From: Callorhinchus milii
Lineage: Eukaryota
Reading direction: 5' to 3'
Length of the DNA: 64,000 bases
Assembly (NCBI RefSeq): GCF_018977255.1
Contig: NW_024704743.1
Span: 20,958,001-21,022,000 of the forward strand
In this document: positions 36,810 to 48,600 of the stretch, piece after piece
Numbering within the stretch: position 1 is the stretch's first letter
How the letters are laid out: every line of letters starts with the position of its first letter
Notes under the pieces: generated by a model
The model's database searches: none
What the model was told of the DNA's origin: nothing
What the model saw: only the letters and a program-made list of their open reading frames with translations
Translations under genes and position numbers: made by a program

Positions 36810-38360
36810 CTATCAAGCTATCAAGCTACCGGCCCATCTCCAACCTCCCCTTTCTCTCCAAGGTCTTGGAAAGAGTTGTCGCCTCCCAACTGCGCTCTTT
36901 CCTTTCCACCCATTCTCTTTTTGAACCCCTTCAGTCAGGTTTCCGTGCTGCTCATAGCACAGAAACTGCCCTGGTCAAGGTCACCAATGATATCCTGACC
37001 ATCTGTGACCAGGGCTCCCTCTGTCTCCTCGTCCTCCTCGACCTATCGGCAGCATTCGATACGGTCGACCACGCTATCCTACTCCACCGCTTGTCCTCCC
37101 ACCTCAACCTTCAAGGCACTGTCCTTGAATGGTTTAGCTCTTACCTTTCCCACCGTCTTCACTTCGTCTCAACGAATGGCTTCTCCTCCACCCCCCGTAC
37201 TGTCTCATGTGGTGTCCCTCAGGGCTCTGTCCTCGGTCCCCTCCTCTTCACCCTCTATATGCTCCCCCTTGGTGACATCATCCGCAAACATGGGGTTAAC
37301 TTCCACATGTATGCGGATGACACCCAACTCTACCTTTCCTCCTCTACTCTCAACTCCACGACCACCGATGTCCTGACAGCTGCCTGTCCGACATCGAGTC
37401 CTGGACGAGAGACAACTTTCTTCAGCTCAACGTGCGAAAAACCGAGGCCCTCCTGATTGGCTCACGTCAGCGCCTCCGCACCTCAGGCGCTGACACCATC
37501 AGCATCCAAGGCTGCACTCTCCACCTCTCAAAGCCAGTCAGGAACCTCGGCGTTTTGTTCGACCCTGAGCTGTCCTTTCTCCCTCACATCCGCACCACAA
37601 CTGGCACCGCCTTCCATCACCTCCGGAATATCGCCAGATTACGGCACTACCTCACCCCTCACGCCGCTGAAACCCTGGTTCACGCCTTTGTCACCTCAAG
37701 GCTGGACTATGGGAACTCTCTCCTCGCCGGCCTTCCCGGCACCTCCCTCCACAAGCTGCAGGTCATTCAGAACTCTGCAGCTCGTGTACTGTCCCGCACC
37801 AGGCTTCGCGACCACATCACTCCCACCCTCGCTCGCCTCCACTGGCTCCCCATCCCCCAGAGGATTGATTTCAAGATCCTCATCCTCACCTACAAGGCCA
37901 TTCACGGCCTTGCTCCCTCCTACCTCTCCAACCTACTATCCCCCTACCTACCTGCCCGTACCCTCCGTTCCTCTGGCTCCGGTCTGCTCCACGTCCCCCG
38001 CCCCAACCGCCCTACCATCGGTGGTCGGGCCTTCAGCCTCTCAGCCCCAGGCTCTGGAACTCCATCCCCCAGTGCCTTCGCCTTGCTTCCTCCCTTTCCT
38101 CCTTCAAGGCCGGTCTCAAAACCTTTCTCTTTGACCGTGCCTTCAGCTCCCCTCTCGACTCTCTTCCTCCTCCTCGCTCCCTCCCTTCCCTCCCCTCACC
38201 CTGACCATTTCCCCCCTCCTCTCTCCCTCCCTTCCCTCCCCTCACCCTGACCATTTCCCCCCTGCTCGGGTCATGACCCAACTGTGCAGCGCCTTGGGAC
38301 GTCCTCCTGACGTGAAAGGCGCTCTATAAATGGAATCTTGTTGTTGTTGTTGTTGTTGTT
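36810..38360 (+). mobile_element. Young 5'-truncated L2 LINE with most of the RT domain (frameshifted)
   Basis: [56 protein letters not shown]; frame changes near 37378 and 38049; (ttg)n tail. Confidence 0.97.
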
Positions 38361-38503
38361 ATGGTGTATGTGTGTGTGTGGTGGGGGGAAGGGTAAATGA
38401 TTTATATTGGAAAAGCACACGTTTTGTAAGATATTGGGGTTAAAAGTTAATATTCATAAAAGCAAAGACAGAACAATCTTCCCCTCCTATCCTTTAACCA
38501 CCG

Positions 38504-38828
38504 TGGAGTCCTGTAGCTCAGTGGTTAGAGCACTCGCTTTGCAAGTGAGAGACCCGAGTTCAATTCCAGGCAGAGGGCGAAACCTTAGGCAAGTTTCCTT
38601 ACTCCACACACCTAATAATAATCCCTCCAAAACCAAAAACAATAATAAATTGGTCATTTTTAATCTACGACTGTTTGTGGGACATTGCTGTGCGCAATTG
38701 GCTGCCGCGTTCGCCCACAAGTATACAGTCAATTCACTTTACATTGTGTTCTGTGAAGCGTTTTGGGACATCCTCCTGACGTGAAAAGCGCTATATCAAA
38801 TGCAAGGATTATTATTATTATTATTATT
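38504..38828 (+). mobile_element. Family B SINE, youngest short subfamily
   Basis: Intact A and B boxes; diagnostic aatccctccaaaaccaaaaac shared with 39541-39853. Confidence 0.95.
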
Positions 38829-39339
38829 CATTGTATTAAAAATAATAGAGTTCTAGGGGAATGGCTTCTACAGGATGGCAAATAATTTATTTCATGTTTG
38901 AATTCCAATTTATTGTATGAAGACATTTAAATCAAAGACAAGCACATTTGTAACCAGCACATTCAATATAACCAGACTGGAATCAAAGGAAATCATTCAG
39001 CAGACGAAATTTCAATAGGTGGAAAATAAATCCATAGTTCAAAGTATGAATCTGGGCCATGAGCTTACAATTTTCGTTAATTGATTTTATTTCACGCATA
39101 ATGTATTCTAGTGAAATAATTTGTTAATTCGAGCAAATAGATTGCTGGGAATAGACAGCAATGATATTACCAGAACTAGTGCAAAATTCATACAACAATA
39201 TAAGGGTAAAATTTTTGTGGTTTTCCTTAAAGTGTTCCTTAACTTCTTTAAGCAACACCAGCAGGGCTAGGACTTCTCCAGGTAACTTGCAAGATTGTCT
39301 CTCCAGCGTTTTGCATGACCCTTAAATGAGTCTACAAAT

Positions 39340-39950
39340 CAGTTCATGCCCTAGCACATCTCTACCTCTCAAACCTGCTCACACCTCTACCCTCTCCCTT
39401 CTGCCATCTCCGGTCTTCTGCATGTCCCTTATCTCCTCTGCTCCACAATCGGTGGTTGTGCTTTCAGCCACTTTGACCTGAAACTCTGTAGGTTCCTCCC
39501 TCAATCCTTTCACCTTGCCTCCTCTTTGCCCATCTTATTTTGGAGTCCTGTAGCTCAGTGGTTAGAGCACTCGCTTTGCAAGCAAGAGACCTGAGTTCAA
39601 TTCCAGGCAGGGCGAAACCTTGGGCAAGTTTCCTTACTCCACACGCCTAATAATAATCCCTCCAAAAACCAAAAACAATAATAAATTGGTCATTTTCAAT
39701 CTACGACTGTTTGTGGGACATTGCTGTGCGCAATTGGCTGCCGCGTTCGTCCACAAATATACAGTCAATTCACTTTACAGTGTGTTCTGTGAAGCGCTTT
39801 GGGACGTACTCCCGACGTGAAAAGCGCTATATCGAATGCAAGGATTATTATTATCTTTAGATCACACCTGAAGGCCTTCCTCTTCGACTATCACATAGTC
39901 ACCTTTCCTCTCTCCCCAACTCGGCATCAAACTCCGCCACTGTTAAGAGT
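39340..39950 (+). mobile_element. Old L2 3' fragment split by a SINE
   Basis: cccatctt | SINE | atctttagatcacacctgaag; compare uninterrupted ccatcttcagatcacacgtg at 2091. Confidence 0.75.
39541..39853 (+). mobile_element. Family B SINE, youngest short subfamily
   Basis: Near-identical to 38504-38828. Confidence 0.95.
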
Positions 39951-40049
39951 CAAAATTTTACCCCATAATTTCCTATTGGAAAGCAATATTATTACTTTAT
40001 TCTTTGTGTGTTATAACTGGAATATGTGCTTAGGAGCTACAAGATCATA

Positions 40050-40420
40050 TTAATAATCCTTGCATTTGACATAGCACTTTATCACATCATTGAAAAAATT
40101 CAAAGGACTTGACAGGATTTTACTGTGAAGTGTCGTGGCTGTGTAAAATGTGCCAGCCGATTTGCATACAGCAACATCCCACAAATAGCCAATGAAGGGA
40201 TCAATTTTATTTAGGCGGATTGTTTAATGTCCACCTGAACAGGCCTTGGTTTAACGTCTCATTCGAAAGACGGCACCTCCAACAATGCAGCACATCCTGA
40301 GCATTGCATTGAATTGGCAGCCTCGATTGAGAGTTCAAAGTCCCAACGTGTGTCTTGAACCCACAACCTTCTGACTCAGAGGTGAGAGTGCTTCCAACTA
40401 ACTGTGCCAGGCCGACACCC
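40050..40420 (-). mobile_element. Family A Deu SINE
   Basis: ggtttaacgtctcattcgaaagacggcacctccaacaatgcagcac; tRNA head to gccgacacc. Confidence 0.9.
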
Positions 40421-41849
40421 AAGGTAGAATTTATTTCCATGCACAACAATGAACATGACTGACTTGCAACTGTTGGTGAATAGGTCTATTGGATACAGAT
40501 CGTGCCCCATTTCTCATCTCATATTCTTGATACTGATGCTTTCAACTATTTTCCAAAATTTAAAATTGCTTGAAATTTCATATACATCAGCAGCTTGCAC
40601 TTATATAGTGCCCTTCAAGCGGGGCAGCAAATAGCTTCATTCTCACATCACATCATACTTCAGCCAAGTATGCTGGAAGCAGTGAAAGGATGAAGACAAG
40701 ATGGCAAAGGGAAATACAGATTGTTGCCAGGATATAACAGGTGGTAGCTTGCTGTGCCACAGCTCAGACAGATGCACCTCAAACACATTTTGCTGTCCTA
40801 ACAGTGACATACATATATTGTGCCAGTTTACAAAAAAACTTATCAGTGTATTTTATAAACAAGTATTTGCCAAGTAACATTTCCTTGCTGGGTGTTGTGC
40901 TGGCACACACCCTGTGGGCATAACACCAACATTACAGCAGTTTCAGACATGTGCTTACTATTCTCCCTCCATCCTTGCCACCCCCTAGACACTGATAATT
41001 TAAAGGTTCATTTTCTTAACTACTGTAGAAAGTCAACCATATGGAAATGTCAGCCTTTAAACACAGACACACACATACATACACACAAACACCCATCCAC
41101 TTGAAGGCAAACCAGGAGAGGAATCATACTTCATTATATACTTATCCTCGAGATGTAGCTGAAATATTGCCAGACAACAGATGCTAATTTGAATTTCTTG
41201 GAGTATGGGAAAATGTTGACAATTTTTAAAAAATTACGAAACAACTATACATTTATTCACGTTGTGAGGACAATGCTTACTTTGACAACAGTTATATTTT
41301 TACGGAAGCGTGAAAGACAAGGCTTTACTCTGAAGAGGTGGTCCAGGTTAGGGCACTATCTTTCACCTTTTGAACCTGGTTTTGAGTCATGGCATCCCAG
41401 GTTTTGAGTCAAACCTCTCTTCTCCTTGTTTCCTGTAATGGTGCTCAGTGAACTGGAGTTTGGCATTTCTCTGCACTAAATGGCAATCTCACCAAATGCC
41501 ATGAAGATGACTGGTGTGGTTGATGGAACATTTGCATTGGTGATTAACAACTACTCTTCAGCGTTGGTGGTTAAAGCATATTATTTTACGCCAAGTAAAA
41601 TGATAAATATATTATCGATAATACTTACGGTCAGTTCCCCCCTACCCCTGGCTCGAAGTCATGCTCTTCCACTGTTGAGTCCTCTGGGATGCTACTCTCC
41701 ATGAGAGGTGCTCTATAAATGTAAGTTCTTCTTATCAATAGAACATCAGAATGACTGGAACAAGGAAAGGCAGTTTGGATCCCACTCCTTAATAACTTTA
41801 ATAATCATAATAACAATTAATATTTACATGTCTCAAATCCCTTCACAGG

Positions 41850-42092
41850 ATCATAGAATCATAGAAATTTACAGAATAGGAGGCCATTTAGCCCACTCAG
41901 TCTGCCCCAGCTCTCAGAGCAAGCTGTACCTTTAATGCCACTGCTCCGACCTGCCCTATCCCTATTCCCCTTCAGGCTTGTAACTTCCATATATCTGTCT
42001 ACTTCCCTCCTGAAACCCACAATGGACTCTGTCTCTACCATCTTACTTAGCAGGGCATTCCACGTCTCAAGAACTGTCTGTGTGAAAAGAGT
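41850..42092 (-). mobile_element. CR1 LINE 3' end (ORF2 C-terminus plus tail)
   Basis: LFTQTVLETWNALLSKMVETESIVGFRREVDRYM; catagaatcatagaa. Confidence 0.88.
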
Positions 42093-42479
42093 TATTGTGA
42101 AACTGTGAAAAGTTTCAGTCAATAGTCAACAGCATAAACAAAGTCCACCCTATCTTGGAATTCCTCTGACTCCAATTTTCAAACTTGATCTGCTGCTATC
42201 TTGTATTTCCAGGCGTGATATCCTGACATAAACTTGTTACCATTAAATAGTATTTGTTAGTTCAGGAAGAATGTGAGACTTTCACTGCTCCTCGAAAGAT
42301 TCAAGACAGGAATAAGTACTCAAACCAAAAAAAAGTCTACCCAACTCTCTGAGGTACAAAAACAAAAGTTGACCTGAAGCGAGCTTGAAAATTGGTGCCA
42401 ACATTCGGTGATGGGAGAGGATGGGGTGGAACACTGCCACAGTCAGTCAGTGTATTATACCAGGTTTTTAGTATGAATA

Positions 42480-43250
42480 TTAATAATCCTTTCATTTGCT
42501 GTAGCACCTTGCAGATTGGGAGGATGTCTCAAAGTGCTTCACGAGATTTTCTGTGAAGTGTAGTTGTTTTTGGAAGCAAATACAGCAGCCAATTTACACA
42601 CAGCAATATCCCACAAGCAGCCATTGAGTGAATGACCAATTTTTATTTGGAGATTGTTGGCAGAACGCCGTGAGAAACTCTCTTCTCATTAATATCCCCC
42701 TGAAAAGGCTGACGGGTTTAACCCTCATCCAACAAAACAGCACCTTCCCCCGCTCTACCCCCACCGTACTAATTTAAGGAACATTTAAGGGATACCACAG
42801 ATTATCCCCCTGTACCTCATAGCATTTTAAGGACAATAACAATAACTTGCATTTACATAGCATCTCTCATGCAGGATAGCATCTCAGAGCACCTGACAGC
42901 GGCGGAGCAAGATGCCGAGCCAGGGGAGGGAGGGGGGGAGGTGACAATAAGCAAGATCAAAGAGGAAGGTCTTCAGGTGCGAGGTGGAGGGATTGAGAGA
43001 AAGTGTTCCGGAGAATCAGGTGTTGCAGCTGAAACTGCGGCTGCTGATGGTGGAACGAAGCGCACGAGGGACTGGCAGGAGACCGGAGCCAGTCGAGTGC
43101 AGCCTATGGGATTGGGGAGTAAGCAGGTCGGAGAGGTAGGAATGAAGGGATTTGAAGATGAGTGTGCAGATCTTGAAATCGATCCCTTCAGTGATAGGGA
43201 GGCAGTGGAGCCTGGTAAGAACTGGTGTGATGGGGGTACAGAGTTTAGTG
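42480..43250 (-). mobile_element. Family A SINE (42480-42750) and old L2 3' fragment (42835-43250)
   Basis: SINE tail and core; gatcttgaaatcgatcccttcagtgatagggaggcagtggagcc encodes LH.LPI..IDFKI. Confidence 0.75.
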
Positions 43251-44917
43251 CTGAATTATGTTGCTGTCTAGGTACCCATTATACCGGTGGCTTCTTTAGG
43301 CTGGTTACTCCTAAACTGAGAGAGAGACTCATGTACATAAAATAAAGGTAGGCCATTTTAAGCAATTCAATTACTGTAAGATTCCAGTGTGAACAGAATA
43401 CAAAAAAAGTATTCTGTTGGCTGAGACCAACCACCATTGCTCCAGATGGGTTCTCTTATCAAGGCCTCAATAAATTCTTTGCACATTACTGTAATTTTTT
43501 CCATCCCTCAGAATTTCTCATTTTCATGTTTTCTTATTATGTTTATAGCTTTCCCTAACTGCTTAAACAAGTGCTCTCTTTCTCTTTCAGCCAGAAGTCT
43601 TGTTTCACCCTCCCTTATTACATTCCCTCTAATCCAAATGACTTTGCCAGATCCTACTTCACCCAACCTCAAAAGTTCACATCAAACTATTGAATAACTA
43701 GCATCCGAATGGCAGTCTGTCCATTTCCCTACAAAAAGCTTCAGCTAAACTTTGTATGTGATTCTATTAATTTACAGAAACAATAAAGTACTAGCACATT
43801 CATAAGGATTGCTATTTATACATTACCATTCTTCAACTGACAAGAATTAAAGGCGCTTAGTCCTTGGATTTTGGAAGCATTAGGCAAACATGACACATTT
43901 GAAGGAACTGCGTAAAATACTGATGACTGCATGCAATCTGCTCAGTTATCTCAGAAAATCCTCATGAAAGTCCACTTTGAATTTCCAGAGCCTACCTTGG
44001 CTGTTTAGCTTGCTCGCAATATTCATCACATAGTTACCAGAGCAGAGTCAAACTACTGCTTAAGAAATTTATCAGAATATAAATTCAGCTTCCATCAATT
44101 CTGCACTCCAGTGACTTTACATTTTACATTACTACAGTGAAACACACTTAGTCTTACAGGGAAATCAAATGGCAAAATACAGTGCGATCGGGTGCTGGGC
44201 ACCATACTGACTGACTGACAAAACAAAGAAAGCAGTAAGTTCTAAATCTTGTTCTAATGAATTTTTAAGATTAAAAGAATAAAAAAAAGTCATCCAGCAT
44301 AACTGATCCTGATCATTGACCAGAGTTTCTTCCTGGAAATTATGCGCATGTTGACATTCATCCCCCCACACCCCCGCCCCACATGACTAAAACATTCACA
44401 AACAAGGATATGGACAAGGGTTAAAAGAGAAAGAATGTGTAGGGAGATTCCTTTGAATTCTCCCGGCTATATACTCTTATTATTCGCCTTTGGCCAAACA
44501 AGATTGATTGCAAAAGGACACCCATCTTTTTAAGCCTTCTCAACTAGTTTTCTCTCATGGTATTATTAATAGAACAGACAACATGAACTGTAATAGGTTT
44601 TTGGAGTCCTGTACAATCCTGACTTCCAATGTTACTGATAAGGAGGAGGTACTTGGGTCCCGGAAAAGATGCATTTACTTCAATTCACAGCCTCACAAAT
44701 CTAGGGCAAACATAGTTTGTGTACGAATCGATACTCAGTCATTACTATTTTTCTGGAATCAGGCAGCTCTGGATCAGTCCAAATCACCAACCCCTTTTTA
44801 AAGTAAATGATGCTTCTCCAGCTCTGGTGTGGCTGCTTCCCATAATTGATGGCAGAGGAATGACGAAGGTGAGGAGACTTGAAATTAAGAACAATTGAGA
44901 AGATCAAATGGGCAGAG

Positions 44918-45620
44918 TGGTCAGCCTGGCTCAGTTGGTAACACTCTCACTTCTAATTCTGAAGGTTTGGGATTCAAACCCCACATTGGAACTTGAGCTC
45001 ACAGAGTCTAAGCTGATACTTCATTGCAGTTCTGTGGATGTTTTGTATTGTTGGATGTTAAAGATTCCATGGCACTAATGGAATAGAGAAGAGAGTTTCT
45101 CCTGCTGTCCTGGCTAATAATTTCCCCAAATAAAATTAATCATTTGTTTTGTGGCTGTTTGTAAGGCATTGCTGTGCCCAATTGGTTAACTGTGCACCCT
45201 GGGACGCTACCCTGAGTGAGGAGTGCTATATAAATGCAAGTTATTGTTCCTGTTGTTTTTAAATACACAGTTGCTCCACTTCACAATAACTTCTGTGAAT
45301 CCCTGTGTGCGTTCAAAGTCATCTGCCCAACAGGAAAGGCGTTATTCAAATGCAAGGTTCAGCTCAACCCTTCGTGAAGACGCTATATAAATGCAAGTAG
45401 TTGTTAATAATAATAATCCTTGCATTTGATATAGCGCTTTTCACGTCTTCTAGACGTCTCAAAGAGCTTCACAAAATAGACTGTAAAGTGAATTGACTGT
45501 ATATTTGAGGGCAAAATGCCCTCATGGCCTGAAGTGACCAATTTATTATTGTTTTATTTTCTTGAGGGATTATTATCAGGCGTGTGGAGTAAGGAAACTT
45601 ACCCAAGGTTTCACCCTGTT
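44918..45620. mobile_element. Family A SINE (+, 44918-45360, with nested tails) and family B short SINE (-, 45405-45620)
   Basis: gtcagcctggctcagttggtaacactctc head; several stacked aaatgcaag tails. Confidence 0.8.
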
Positions 45621-48600
45621 ATTGTTATCTTTCTCATTCAAACTCTCTTACGGTAATAATCTTTGCATTTCATATAACACATTTCATGTTGGGAGGACAA
45701 CTCATAGCACTTCAATAAAATACAAATTTACATTTATACAATGCCTTTCACGTCGGGAGGAGCGCTTCACAAAATATACTGTAATGTGTAGATGAAAATA
45801 GCAGGCAATTTATGCACATCAATGTCTCAAAAACAGCCACGAAGTGAATGACCACTTTTATTTGGGGGATGGTTGGCCAGGACACTGAGAAGAACTCCCT
45901 TCTCATTTTGAATATTGTATTTCTTGTTAGTAATGGTGGTTGAGGCCAGGAATCCAGACCCATCTAAAAAGCAGCTTGATGCTGTAATGGGAGTAATGCA
46001 GGGTGGATATTCTGGAGGGATAAGATCAGATGGACTGATAAGCCTTCTTCGTCCAAACAAATCTTGTGATCTTTAAAGTTCAATTGAACCGGTAAACAGG
46101 ACCTCAGTTTGTTTTTGGTCTGACACATGCACAAATCCATCACCATGCTTAAGAGTATCCAAACCAAGCTGATATTTCCATGCATCCCACCTACACTTGG
46201 AAATCCCAGAGAGAGATTGTTGGAATGGAATACATAGTCTCTTCCTGGAGGGATGCATCCTGCTTACCTTGGTTTAATATCTCATGCAAATGATAGCACT
46301 TCCAACAATGCAGCACATTCCTGTATTGTATAGTCAGCCTAGACTGTGCGTTCAAAGTCATGGCTGCCGCATTTCGTCCACAAATATACAATCAATTCAC
46401 TTTACAGTTTATTCTCTGAAGCGCTTTGAGACATCTAGAAGACATGAAAAGTGCTATATCAAATGTAAGGATTATTATTATCATTATCATTATGACGCGG
46501 AGCTTGGACACAAACCTTTTGACTCAAGAGAGTGCTGCCAATTGAGCTCGGCTGCCATTCTTGTGATCTTATGGGAGAATTGAAGGTCATTTGTACAACT
46601 TCATATTCTCAAAAATGCCTTTGCTAATTTTTTTCCCTCATATACAGAACAGTAGTGATGTAAGATGTGGCTGATTCTTTGATTTGATTGGGGTGATTTT
46701 AAGCATTCGTTCTTTTAGTCTTAAAACCTTACAACAAGAACAAAAATAATTGCTGTTTGACATGAATTTGCATTAGGTATGTGCAAGAAGTTGGTACAGA
46801 GAATTTTTTGGGATATTCTAATTGGGTTTTAAACACACCAGAGATGCAGATATTAAAATTCAAACATGCAAATGCTCCATTTTTAAGCATTACATACATG
46901 TTGCATTGTGGCTGCTCTTTCATACTGTTGAAAGTGCAAGATATCTTGGACTTCTTTTCAAGGACACAAGAGCGATGTGTAGAAATTTAAGGAAAAGTTA
47001 TATGGTAGTTTTTTTTTGGCAGATTTCACTAAGCTGTTACTTTAGCTTTTGCCTTCCAAACAAACCTCCTGCTGTAAAAAAAATCAGTATCTTCATAAGC
47101 CTATAATGTTCTTTTCACAAATTAAAAAAGAATGCAAGGTGGAAAGATCATCAAGGAGAGTAATATATATGTATATTTAAATAAAACATCATCACCCGCA
47201 AAATATACAATCAATTCACTTTACAGTATATTCTGTGAAGCGCTTTGAGACGTCTCGAAGATGTGATAAGGCGCAATATCAAATACAAGGATTATTATTA
47301 TTCTCAGTGCAAGAAACAAATGTTTTAGTCAAGAATATTATAATTTGGAGCTTGTCATCTTGTCTATTTTGGTACCTGAAAATAAAATCAAAGAATTGGA
47401 GCATGCACATCAATAGAAAGAGAAAAGTGAACTCAGATTGAAGTGTGTACTTGCCATCTGCTACAGCCCATGTGATACAAGCGGCTTGGCAACTTAACTT
47501 TAACTTTATATATGCATTACAAGACAACGTGTGTGGCTGACTCACGATGGGAAGGCTCACACCTGGGATTTTGCGTAATGTTGAACAACTCTGATAAGAG
47601 CAGGAAGATGCATTTCACAGTAAGAGGGAAGTGTTGTGTGGGTAGTGTCCTCCAAGCACACCTGCTGGAAGAGGCAGGTGAAAAGTTGATAGACTATGAA
47701 AAGTTGATAGCTTTGATCTGTCCACAGCAAAGTAGTGATTCATGAAAATGATCCAATGATCAAGGTCTTTCTCAAATCCACAAGACAAGACTACCTATAG
47801 TTATTGCTGAATACAATGTGGCCAATAATCTTCAGTGCAGCAGCTTCATTGTAGAATTCACCTGGAAAAAAGTCTAAAAAGTTAAGTGTGCATATTTTCG
47901 AACGTAACACTGTGTGGGTTGTATAAGGTAAATCTCCCAGGAATAGAGTGGTTGAATGGGGTTCCTTATATTCCTCAATTCAGCTCTGAAAAACACATGG
48001 ATGAAGGAATCAGGGAAATGGGAAATTAAGTGGTACAGCAGTTTTAGAACACAGTCCTTTCACCCTGACACCTGCGTTTGAATCTGGTACATATTTGATG
48101 GAGGGATTGAATGTTTCATTTCATTACAAGCTTAAGGAGTCCTATATGAATTTATCTTAGATATTCTCAATTCAGATCCAAAATAAGACTAGAATTTGCC
48201 ATTATTAAATAATAGCATATTATAAATTTAAGACAGAACTACTCTTTCAGTCCACTTATCTTACTCATTCAACTTTCCGCAAGATTTCTTCAATAGATCT
48301 ATCTCTCGATCAAATAATAGAATCCTTTTGATTGACAAGAATGCATCCAATTCCATTTTGAAACTTTATAGTTTCTTCTTCCACCATCTGTACTAGTAGT
48401 TTGTTCACTGTCTTGATTGTCGTAGCCAAAATAGGAAGTGGGGGACACCAACAAATAAATCTGTCAACAGCCCAGATCACTCTCTGATCAATAACATTTA
48501 TCACAATATCAAAAGATTGGTTTGGTTGACGAAGACCCTTCATTGAATTTGATCTCATCCTTCCAGAATACCTACCCTATTGGCTTCCCATCACTGCATC

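Noticed and set aside
36866..38250. Intact reverse transcriptase gene or prokaryotic retron/DGR-type system
   Set aside because: Motifs are typical L2 LINE ORF2, 5'-truncated and frameshifted, with a (ttg)n tail.
38504..38580. tRNA-Ala gene
   Set aside because: A and B boxes continue directly into a SINE body and tail, with no poly-T terminator; repeated many times as SINE heads.
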